Source: Promethearchaeia archaeon (lineage in GTDB: Archaea; Asgardarchaeota; Lokiarchaeia; Sigyniarchaeales; SOKP01). Taken from it: a DNA stretch of 38,501 nucleotides. A program made the translations under genes and the position numbers. The stretch covers positions 1-38,501 of the forward strand of contig JAHQWJ010000056.1 in NCBI GenBank assembly GCA_029856125.1, given 5' to 3'. Position 1 is the first letter of the stretch. Each line of letters begins with the position of its first letter. Below are positions 18,042 to 26,623 of this stretch, piece after piece. The notes below the pieces were generated by a model. It had not been told where the DNA came from. It made no database searches and worked only from the letters and a program-made list of their open reading frames with translations.

Positions 18042-18602
18042 GTCAATTAATTTCTTAATTATTCCTATTAGTTTATCTGCTTCCGTTTTTATTGTTTTAG
18101 TCAGATTTATTTCGAAAAATGGTAGATCAATGTTATCTGATCGCTCCTCAAGAGTCAGTTCATCTTGTTTGTAAAGTTTTAATTCTTGAAAACCTTCAAG
18201 ACTTTCAGGAACAAACCCAATCATAAAAACATTCAGAGATGGTAATTTATCAACAATTAAATCAATAACAATGTGAACTGGTATTGTGTGAGTAGATATT
18301 GGCACATATTCTTTAATGGTTTCACGCTCCAATATCGCAATCGTTCCCGGAGGTTTATTCAGAGTACATGTATCTATAAGAATCAGGTATGTGGGTTTAA
18401 AATTAACAACATCATCAATTCGAGCCATGGGATCTGTTCCAGCGTTTATGAATAGAACTTTTTCGTTTGAATATTCTAATAGCTCACTTATGATATAAGG
18501 TCCTAAACCGTCATCACTTAATTTTTCTTCTCCAATCCCCATAAAAACTAAGCTATTAATGCCGCTAAGTCTATTCAAGAGTTTTTCATACAAATTTTCC
18601 AT
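18033..18602 (-). CDS. hycI: Hydrogenase maturation endopeptidase (HycI-like)
   Basis: FMGIGEEKLSDDGLG, INAGTDP, LIDT...PG, ISTHTIP. Confidence 0.85.
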   Translation of the reverse strand: MENLYEKLLNRLSGINSLVFMGIGEEKLSDDGLGPYIISELLEYSNEKVLFINAGTDPMARIDDVVNFKPTYLILIDTCTLNKPPGTIAILERETIKEYVPISTHTIPVHIVIDLIVDKLPSLNVFMIGFVPESLEGFQELKLYKQDELTLEERSDNIDLPFFEINLTKTIKTEADKLIGIIKKLIDSL

Positions 18603-18646
18603 GGTTAGGTGATAAATTCTTTAATTGAACATTAATTTTTGCATTT

Positions 18647-19528
18647 ATGTTATTAAAAGGGAAAACCATAGTAATCACAGGTTCGGGAAGAGGTATCGGA
18701 AAATCTATAGCTATCGCTTGTGCAAAAGAAGGGGCTAATATTGGTCTTACATCAAGATCTCTCGATGAACTGAATGAAGTTAAAGATGAGATTCTTAAAT
18801 TAGGTATTGAAGTAAGGGTATCAGTTAAAACTGCAGATATAACTAAATACGAAGAAATTGAGGTGGCATTTAAGGCATTTCATGAAGAATTAGGAAAATT
18901 TAATGGAGTGATTGCCAACGCTGGGTATTCAAGAATGTGGAATAGCCATGAATTTGATAGCAATAAATTTTCTGAGATAATGACTATCAATGTATCTGGA
19001 GTATTTTATGCTTTTAAAGCGGCTTATCCCTATCTTAAGAAAGATGATAAGAATAATAAATCAAGATTCATTATCACTGGAAGCGCAGCGTTTACTAATC
19101 CTATGCCAAAACTTGCTGCCTACACCGCAAGTAAATACGCCGTAGTAGGATTACAAAGTGCATTAGCGTTAGAATATAAAAAAGAGAATATTACCTTTAA
19201 CATGGTTCTACCAACTCAAGTTGATACGCGCATGCTGAGAGGTCGTAATGCAGGAGATGGAAACAAACCTCCGAACGTTATGAACGCCCAAGAGCTAAAT
19301 GATTATTACCTATTTCTTCTGAGCGATAATGCAAATAAAATAGATAACGCACTAATTTTTACTAACGATTTTGGCGAAATAAGAAATCTATTATCTAAGG
19401 CTCCTCCCGTAAAACGAGAAAATTGGGAAATTTTTAAACCATACTTAGAAGAAAATGCACCCAAAATCTATTCTAACGTTAGGAAGCTTGGAAAATTAGT
19501 AGAATTTATAATAAATACTAATGAATAA
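18647..19528 (+). CDS. Short-chain dehydrogenase/reductase
   Basis: ITGSGRGIG, ANAG, YTASK. Confidence 0.93.
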   Translation: MLLKGKTIVITGSGRGIGKSIAIACAKEGANIGLTSRSLDELNEVKDEILKLGIEVRVSVKTADITKYEEIEVAFKAFHEELGKFNGVIANAGYSRMWNSHEFDSNKFSEIMTINVSGVFYAFKAAYPYLKKDDKNNKSRFIITGSAAFTNPMPKLAAYTASKYAVVGLQSALALEYKKENITFNMVLPTQVDTRMLRGRNAGDGNKPPNVMNAQELNDYYLFLLSDNANKIDNALIFTNDFGEIRNLLSKAPPVKRENWEIFKPYLEENAPKIYSNVRKLGKLVEFIINTNE

Positions 19529-19619
19529 TTATTTCAATAAATCTTACACCAATAATTGGAGTCCAGTCCATTTAAAGCGTTAAATTCATTAATTATTAAC
19601 TGCTAGGTTATATTAGAAT

Positions 19620-20225
19620 ATGAATGAAACACCAAATGAAAAGGTCGAAAAAGTCCAGTTCGAGGGAATAATCGACAACGAAAAGGTTATTATTACTGAT
19701 AAGGATTGCATTGAAGAGTTTTATAGGAAAGCATATATTGGCACGCTCGAAAAGAATAGCGAAGGTGAAGAAATATTAGTTTTAGGACCTTTAGAAGTTC
19801 TATTATTATGTGAAAGAAATCGGATTTTATTGTATAATAATAATGATAGGAATAGTGATCTACACGATTTTGAGGGTTTATTAACGTATTTCATTCAATA
19901 TGACGATAAATTATGGCGAAAGTACATTATTTACATGGATTTGCGAAAAAGGGGTTATATAGTAAGAACGGGATACGGAGAAGGGATTGATTTTCTGGTG
20001 TACAAACGCGGGGCTGATTTTGAAAAAGATTCCGCTAAATTCTTAATTTATCCGGTATTTGAAGGTTCACCTATAGATTTAAGGGAATTAGATAAAATGT
20101 CTCGCGTAGCTATGAGCTCTCGCAAGGACCTCATTGTAGCTACCGTCGATAGGCTAAGTAAGCCAATATATTATAGTGTGAAAAAATTTGAAATTATGAA
20201 TAAAGTTGAGAAAAGCGAAGACTAA
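19620..20225 (+). CDS. endA: tRNA-splicing endonuclease subunit (probably the structural, non-catalytic subunit)
   Basis: LEVLLL, YIIYMDLRKRGYIVRTG..GIDFLVY.RG, R.A.SSRK.LIVA.VD; no His at the catalytic position. Confidence 0.85.
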   Translation: MNETPNEKVEKVQFEGIIDNEKVIITDKDCIEEFYRKAYIGTLEKNSEGEEILVLGPLEVLLLCERNRILLYNNNDRNSDLHDFEGLLTYFIQYDDKLWRKYIIYMDLRKRGYIVRTGYGEGIDFLVYKRGADFEKDSAKFLIYPVFEGSPIDLRELDKMSRVAMSSRKDLIVATVDRLSKPIYYSVKKFEIMNKVEKSED

Positions 20226-20226
20226 A

Positions 20227-21888
20227 ATGTCAGACAAATATGCTTGCGATACTTCTGTTATTTTTAATGGTCTCATCTTAAATTTAATCGAAGATGGAGA
20301 ATTGGGGGAAAACCCCGAAATTTACATCCCAAATGTGGTTGTTGCTGAGGTTGAGTACCGTACAAATGTTCAAAAAGAAATAGGATTCCATGGTTTAAAT
20401 GTATTAAAAGAATTACGAAAATTGCATCAGGAAGAGAAAATAACGCTTAAAATTGTGGGAAAAAGACCAACAAGGGAAGAAATTAAAATGAGTCCAGGAG
20501 GGGAACTTGATGCGCTTATTAGAAAATCGGCTTTAGAATATGGCGCCATTTTAATTACAGCAGATCGAATCCAGGGTGATGTAGGAATTTTCGAAGGGAT
20601 TCAAATAATGTATGTAAAGGAAAAATACTTTCCAAAAGAATCTGACCCTTCTTCTCTTAAGTTGTTAGAATTTTTCGATGAAACCACAATGAGCGTGCAT
20701 CTAAAACAAGGATTACCTCCTTATGCCAAGAAAGGAAGCCCCGGAAATTGGCATTTAGAAAAGATTGGCGAAGAACCATTATCTACTAAAATTATTGAAG
20801 AAATTGCCATCGAAATAATAGAAATGGTTAGGGAAGACGATCACTCATTTATAGAAATTGAGAAACACGGCGTTGTAGTTGCCCAGTTGAGAGAATTTAG
20901 AATAGTTATGACCAGACCTCCATTTTCAAAAGATGTTGAAATAACTGCTGTTCACCCGCTTGTTACGCTTTCATTGGAAGATTATTCAATTGATTCAAAA
21001 TTAGATAAGAGATTACAGAAAGCAGAAGGGATTTTAGTTGCTGGTGCTCCTGGGGCAGGTAAGAGTACTTTCTCAGCAGCTTTGGCAAATTATTATTTAG
21101 AACAAGGAAAAGTTGTGAAAACGCTAGAAAGCGTTCGAGATTTACAAGTTAGACCTGAAATTACGCAATATACCAAATTGGAGGGAAGCCTTGAAAATTC
21201 AGCGGACATTCTACTCTTGGTTAGACCAGATTTCACGATTTTTGACGAAGTACGCACTACAAAAGATTTTCAGATCTACGCTGATTTTCGTTTATCTGGA
21301 GTTGGAATGGTCGGAGTTGTTCATTCTTCATCGGCTATCGACGCAATACAGCGCTTTATTGGCCGTATAGAGCTTGGTATGCTTCCGTCAATTATTGATA
21401 CAATCGTATTTATTGAAGGAGGGGATATCTCTGCCGTTTTGATTATAAAAATGACAGTTAAAGTCCCTCATGGATTTAGGGATAAAGATTTGGCACGACC
21501 CGTTGTCGAAGTTAGAGATTTTAGAACAACTCGTCTTGCATATGAGATTTATTCTTTTGGTCAAGATATCGTCATCAATCCAATTAACCCTATAGAACCT
21601 AAGGACTCTTTTAGGCGTGATGAGCAATTTAAAAAAGAGTTTTCGAGTAAAAAAAAAAGAAATAAAAAAATTGAGTTAGATATCAAAGTTAGTAAGCAAA
21701 AGATATTAATCAAAGCAGATCCAATATACGCTAGTAGTAATATTATTGTTTATGCAGATGACTACGAAATCTTTACTGGGTCATTGAGTCGATCAAGCGT
21801 TATAGCGCTTTCCCTCTCAAATAAAGAAGGCAGAAAGGTCCTTAAGGAGTACGATAGAGATAAGCATATTTATGGAATTATAAAATAG
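20227..21888 (+). CDS. PINc/VapC-family ATPase (PINA, Holliday junction branch-migration ATPase)
   Basis: N-terminal PIN (DTS, E, D), SVHLK, RPPFS, GAPGAGKST, LLVRPD, DEVR, GVVH, DAIQRFIGR, DLARPV. Confidence 0.92.
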   Translation: MSDKYACDTSVIFNGLILNLIEDGELGENPEIYIPNVVVAEVEYRTNVQKEIGFHGLNVLKELRKLHQEEKITLKIVGKRPTREEIKMSPGGELDALIRKSALEYGAILITADRIQGDVGIFEGIQIMYVKEKYFPKESDPSSLKLLEFFDETTMSVHLKQGLPPYAKKGSPGNWHLEKIGEEPLSTKIIEEIAIEIIEMVREDDHSFIEIEKHGVVVAQLREFRIVMTRPPFSKDVEITAVHPLVTLSLEDYSIDSKLDKRLQKAEGILVAGAPGAGKSTFSAALANYYLEQGKVVKTLESVRDLQVRPEITQYTKLEGSLENSADILLLVRPDFTIFDEVRTTKDFQIYADFRLSGVGMVGVVHSSSAIDAIQRFIGRIELGMLPSIIDTIVFIEGGDISAVLIIKMTVKVPHGFRDKDLARPVVEVRDFRTTRLAYEIYSFGQDIVINPINPIEPKDSFRRDEQFKKEFSSKKKRNKKIELDIKVSKQKILIKADPIYASSNIIVYADDYEIFTGSLSRSSVIALSLSNKEGRKVLKEYDRDKHIYGIIK

Positions 21889-21991
21889 ATATCTTATCGT
21901 TTTGTCATTTTTAAAGAAAGATTTCTACTTGATAATTAACGAATATCAATCTATCTTGATAATTGACTTGTTCTAATAACTACTCGTTTGG

Positions 21992-22372
21992 TTATTTTGC
22001 TAATGCATTTTGGGCTCTATTTATATCATCTACTCCGATGACTAACTTATTATGCTCAGCTAAATAGATCAAATCAATGTTGACGCCAACATTGCCTATT
22101 TTACGAGCCATCTTCCCACCAGACCCTGGTTTCCCTGCAATAGGACTAATATCCATGACAAGCACTTCACGGATAGCACTAATTTCATATCCTGCATCTT
22201 CAAGTATAAAGCGTGCAACGCTTTCGTCTTCAACCAATATATGTATAATTGCGTCATCTTTTAGAGGAATTCCACATAAACCTTCCATATTTATACCATT
22301 TTTCCCTAATAGCTCACCCAAATCAGCTAGTGCTCCTGGTCGATTTTCTATAATAACTGCTACATCTTTCAT
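21992..22372 (-). CDS. Tandem ACT domain protein
   Basis: ENRPGALADL...GINM and KPGSG...GVNIDLIY. Confidence 0.88.
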   Translation of the reverse strand: MKDVAVIIENRPGALADLGELLGKNGINMEGLCGIPLKDDAIIHILVEDESVARFILEDAGYEISAIREVLVMDISPIAGKPGSGGKMARKIGNVGVNIDLIYLAEHNKLVIGVDDINRAQNALAK

Positions 22373-22510
22373 AATTTTTTACCTCCTATATTTATTATTT
22401 GGATATCAAAGATAGAATCTAACGAGATACTTTTCTAAAGCTTAATTATGTTTACTCTATATTTAAGCTTTCTTTCGAATTTTAAAAATCATTTCTCACT
22501 TAAGATCAAT

Positions 22511-24430
22511 TCATTTTGAAATATCAAGTGTAAATAGAACCTCTCCATATTCCACACTTTTTGATTTCATTGGGTATCCGCTGTTATTAAGAAAATGAAG
22601 CATTGCTTTGTTTTCAAGGAGAATTGAGCCTGTAAAAAATTTGTAATTTAATTCCCTAGCAATTATAACTAGATAATTTAATAAAAATGTAGCAATTCCA
22701 GTTCTGCGAAAATCTTTCTTCACAACTATAGCTAATTCAACTGTTGAGGGTTTACTGGTTTTAAAAAACGCTGCTGAAGCAATTATTTTCTGTTCACCTT
22801 CTTGAAGAGAGTCTCCCACTAATATCATATCAGTTTGATAATCTATATTTGTTAAAGGTTGTACAAATTTGTGAGGAAATTTTCGATCCCGTGAGAAAAA
22901 TCTTAGATATTTATCATCGTCACTTAAAGAATAGTAAAATCCTTGGAGCATTTTCTCATCGGTTGGTTTTATTGGACGAATTTTGATATTTTTTCCATCT
23001 TTCATTTGAAAAGTCGTTTCATATTTATCCGGATATAAGCTCAATCGACCACTTATGGAAAGAGGTAGTTTTTGATCCGCATAGACATATTTTACTTTTT
23101 TAGCTTGTTCTAAAAGTTCTTCTCTAAAGTCTGGGTGGGCGATATTTATCATTTGTAACACTCGCTCCCTAATACTCTTACCAAATAAATAAGCAATTCC
23201 CCATTCGGTAACAACATAATGAATATCTCCGCGAGTAATTACAACTCCAGAACCAGGTTTAAGATTTGGAACAATTCTGGACACTACCGTTCCATCCTTT
23301 AAAGTCGCAGTGCTAGGAAGAACGGCTATAGGTTTTCCGTCTTCAGAACGATTGGCTCCTCTAACAAAATCTACTTGACCTCCTATACCACTATAAAATA
23401 ATGGCCCAAGCGAGTCTGCATTAATCTGTCCCGTTAAATCTATTGTTAGCGCTGCGTTTATGGCCACTTGCTTTTTATTTCGGCTGATAATGAAAGGATC
23501 GTTGCAATAATTAACGGGATGAAATTCTACAAAGGGATTGTTATCTACAAAATCATAAAGCCGCCGGGAGCCCATGACAAAAGAACAAATTATTTTTCCC
23601 TTATGGATAGTCTTTTTTTTACATGTGATTACCCCCTTTTCAACGAGATCAACAATTCCATCCGAGAAAACTTCGCTATGCACTCCTAAATCTTTTTTAT
23701 CTTCTAATTCGATTGTTAATGCGTTAGGAATTTTCCCAATTCCCATTTGAATCGTAGATTCATCTTCAATAAGGGATGCGACATATTTTGCAATCTTTTT
23801 AATGGATTCATCTGGGGGATCATACTTAAACTCAATAATATCGTGATCTGATAAAATATAGGCGTCGATATCGTTCATATGAATGAATGAATCACCGAGC
23901 GTGCGTGGCATCTTAGGATTAATTTCAGCTACCACAAATTCAGCTATCTCTGCTATAGGTTTCGCAATATCTACGTTAATACCATAACTACAAAATCCAA
24001 ATTGGTCAGGAGGGCTAACTTGAATAAGAGCAGTCTTTACATGCATTTGTCCCCTTTCAAAGAATCCTGGAATGTCTGAAAGTAGCATTGGAGTGTAATC
24101 TGCAACTCCCCTTTTTACGGCGTCTCGAAGATTTTCACTAATAAAAAAAACATTGTGCCGAAACAAATCTTCATTACCTCCCGCAGTTTTATAATAATCG
24201 AGATCGGACAGGCTGATAAAATGAATCATCTCTACATCAGAAAGCTGAGGACCGAGTTCAATAAGTTTTGACGTAAGATCTATTGGTTCAGAACATCCAG
24301 AATCGATAAAAACACGATCTCCTGGTTTAATGTATCGTTTAATTGCTTGCTCTACATCAACATGTTTCTGCTTATATTTATCTAAATTAGGAAATCTATT
24401 GATATTCACTTCTTTTGATATCATCTTCAC
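22511..24430 (-). CDS. Acetyl-CoA hydrolase/4-hydroxybutyrate CoA-transferase fused to Pat-like GNAT domain
   Basis: QVSPPD, IQMGIG.IP, HSEVFSDG (catalytic Glu), SGIGGQVDF, IAHPDFR; C-terminal KDG..IRPIKPTD...YLRFF...RRTGIA...ENKAM. Confidence 0.92.
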   Translation of the reverse strand: MKMISKEVNINRFPNLDKYKQKHVDVEQAIKRYIKPGDRVFIDSGCSEPIDLTSKLIELGPQLSDVEMIHFISLSDLDYYKTAGGNEDLFRHNVFFISENLRDAVKRGVADYTPMLLSDIPGFFERGQMHVKTALIQVSPPDQFGFCSYGINVDIAKPIAEIAEFVVAEINPKMPRTLGDSFIHMNDIDAYILSDHDIIEFKYDPPDESIKKIAKYVASLIEDESTIQMGIGKIPNALTIELEDKKDLGVHSEVFSDGIVDLVEKGVITCKKKTIHKGKIICSFVMGSRRLYDFVDNNPFVEFHPVNYCNDPFIISRNKKQVAINAALTIDLTGQINADSLGPLFYSGIGGQVDFVRGANRSEDGKPIAVLPSTATLKDGTVVSRIVPNLKPGSGVVITRGDIHYVVTEWGIAYLFGKSIRERVLQMINIAHPDFREELLEQAKKVKYVYADQKLPLSISGRLSLYPDKYETTFQMKDGKNIKIRPIKPTDEKMLQGFYYSLSDDDKYLRFFSRDRKFPHKFVQPLTNIDYQTDMILVGDSLQEGEQKIIASAAFFKTSKPSTVELAIVVKKDFRRTGIATFLLNYLVIIARELNYKFFTGSILLENKAMLHFLNNSGYPMKSKSVEYGEVLFTLDISK

Positions 24431-24453
24431 CCATTTTTAATGATACTAACAGT

Positions 24454-25212
24454 TTAATTGGTATTCATCATTTCTTTTACTTTCAGAATAATGTTGGGAA
24501 GGACATCTCCGATTTGATCAAAGAACCTCAAATCAGCTTCACTATCGTATGGAGTTTCGCCCTTGTTAAGAATTATTAATTTGGCACCACTCCTCCAAGC
24601 AATTCCAGGCATATTTGCGGCAGGGGTCACAACTAGAGATGAACCGATTACAAAGAAAACTTCGGCCTTTTCGGACATCCTCATAGATTCTTCAAGTTCG
24701 TCAATAGGTAACGGATCACCAAAATTAACAATACTTGAAATAAGCCTTCCACTACAATTTGGACATTCAGGTTGCTTGTTTTGGACCCGATCTGTTCTAA
24801 ATCCATTACCCCACTTTTTTTTATCCCATTTAGCCTCTTCAAATGTCAATTTTTTTCCACACTCCAAGCATTTCATAAAATAACGATTTCCATGAAGTTC
24901 TGCTAATTTTTCAAATGGGATTCCAGATTTAGCGTGAAGGCCATCTACATTTTGAGAAATTAAATAAATCAATTTACCCAGATTTAATAAGTCTAATACA
25001 GCATAGTGTCCTTGATTTGGTTTAACTTGATCATATGGCACAGCCATTTTAGGAGGGGGTAAACCCTTATCACGGCGTGTCCATACTCCATCTGGACCTC
25101 TAAAATCGGGTATCCCACTTTCAGTAGAAATTCCCGCACCAGTGAAGATGACGAGATTATTTGATTCATAAATCCACTTTGCGGCTAAATCAATTTTTGC
25201 ATCCAATTCCAT
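24454..25212 (-). CDS. cobB: Sir2-family NAD+-dependent protein deacylase
   Basis: FTGAGISTESGIPDFRG, QNVDGLH, ELHGN, CxxC twice, FGDPL, GSSLVVTPAA; start placed at second Met (25212). Confidence 0.93.
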   Translation of the reverse strand: MELDAKIDLAAKWIYESNNLVIFTGAGISTESGIPDFRGPDGVWTRRDKGLPPPKMAVPYDQVKPNQGHYAVLDLLNLGKLIYLISQNVDGLHAKSGIPFEKLAELHGNRYFMKCLECGKKLTFEEAKWDKKKWGNGFRTDRVQNKQPECPNCSGRLISSIVNFGDPLPIDELEESMRMSEKAEVFFVIGSSLVVTPAANMPGIAWRSGAKLIILNKGETPYDSEADLRFFDQIGDVLPNIILKVKEMMNTN

Positions 25213-25426
25213 ATAAATATGAAGCATTTTTGTAAATAAAAATATATTTCATTTGGTTTTTATTATCAATTTTACTCTGTTCAGTTAAAATATTGACACG
25301 AACGTCTAAAATTACCAGTTACTTTATAAAGATAAATTCTAATTTCTTTTTAGGTATAGGATTTTTGTAGATCTTTATATTCTTTTAAGTTGAAGTATTA
25401 TTAGGATAAATTAGGTAGGATATATC

Positions 25427-25819
25427 TTGACGTATATGTTAAATTTTAATAAAGAAGAAATTTCATCGAGACGAATTGATTATGCAAGAGTTAAGTTTAA
25501 ACCTGAACAACAAAAGCTAATTAAAACAATCTCGAGCCTCATTTGCGAACAAATAGAAATTCCCGAATTAGCAATGCGCTGTATTACTTGGTCTGCAATA
25601 ACCGATTGGCAGAAAATGAAAGATAAACCAATATCAGAAATTGCCAATATGGAAATATCAGAAAAGTTAACTACATTTAAAGAATTATTTAACATAGGAA
25701 AATTTCAATTAAAAGAAATACTATCATATCCGAAAGAGCAAAGTGAATTACTCCTTGATATTGCCTTTGAAAGGGCATTTAAGTATTATCTCAAACACAT
25801 TCATAGAACACAGAAATAA
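25427..25819 (+). CDS. Hypothetical protein
   Basis: 130 aa helical ORF with AGGTAGGA upstream. Confidence 0.7.
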   Translation: MTYMLNFNKEEISSRRIDYARVKFKPEQQKLIKTISSLICEQIEIPELAMRCITWSAITDWQKMKDKPISEIANMEISEKLTTFKELFNIGKFQLKEILSYPKEQSELLLDIAFERAFKYYLKHIHRTQK

Positions 25820-25838
25820 TAGCTCAATTTTAATGTTT

Positions 25839-26579
25839 TCAAATCCTCTTTTTGTCTAGAATTTGAACTAAGTCAATGAGATTGCTTTCTAACTCGTAAA
25901 ATTTTATTCTATCGTAAACTTCTTCTATGTCTTTTAAACGTGATATATGATGAGAATCACAACCAATTGAAACTAATACGTTTCTTTTTTTCAACTGGTC
26001 AAAAAAAGAGTGATATTTCTGGGAATAAAATTGTGGATAGCTTGAATTAAATTCAAAGAAGATTTGGTTCTGTGTTAAAAAATCTATAAGAATGTTCATA
26101 CCATTAATAACGAAAAACGAAGGTTCAAAATGTGCGAGACCTATTAAAGGAAAAACCTTAGAGTTTTTAGAGTTTTTTCTCCAATAGTTTATGATTTTTT
26201 TAATAAAGGATATGCCTTCAATGCTTTCAAGATATTCAAATATTATGATATCAAATTTAGCAGGTGAGATACTATTAAGAATGAACTTTTCTGTACTATT
26301 TAAATCAATTTCTATTCCCTTAAACAGAGCCATTTGCCTTTCTTCATCAAGAAGATATTTTTGAAATTGACCAATTTCCTCTAAATACATTTCAATTTTA
26401 TCAAGACTGTTAAGATTAGGAATTATATCGGCTTTCCAAGAATTTGTAAAGTGATCCGTGATACAAATATAATCCAAACCCTTATCAAGGGCAGATGAAA
26501 CTATTTGAGATATAGAATTTTTTCCATCAGAATAGGTAGAATGAATATGTAAATTCAACTTAGGTAATTTCATTTTCAT
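25839..26579 (-). CDS. PHP-family phosphoesterase
   Basis: LHIHSTYSDG, ITDH, GIE, AH, GCDSH. Confidence 0.88.
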   Translation of the reverse strand: MKMKLPKLNLHIHSTYSDGKNSISQIVSSALDKGLDYICITDHFTNSWKADIIPNLNSLDKIEMYLEEIGQFQKYLLDEERQMALFKGIEIDLNSTEKFILNSISPAKFDIIIFEYLESIEGISFIKKIINYWRKNSKNSKVFPLIGLAHFEPSFFVINGMNILIDFLTQNQIFFEFNSSYPQFYSQKYHSFFDQLKKRNVLVSIGCDSHHISRLKDIEEVYDRIKFYELESNLIDLVQILDKKRI

Positions 26580-26623
26580 AAAAATACGTCATATCGTGTT
26601 GTAAAATGTTAATTCTCAGCTGT

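Noticed and set aside
10581-18498. Short ORFs 10581-10793, 15280-15474, 16395-16586, 16682-16867, 18273-18455 and 18316-18498
   Set aside because: Alternate-frame or antisense overlaps of well-supported genes, with no motifs
21388-25695. ORFs 21388-21627, 22077-22415, 23468-23689, 24563-24883 and 25480-25695
   Set aside because: Antisense shadows of PINA, ACT, CoA-transferase, sirtuin and the hypothetical gene
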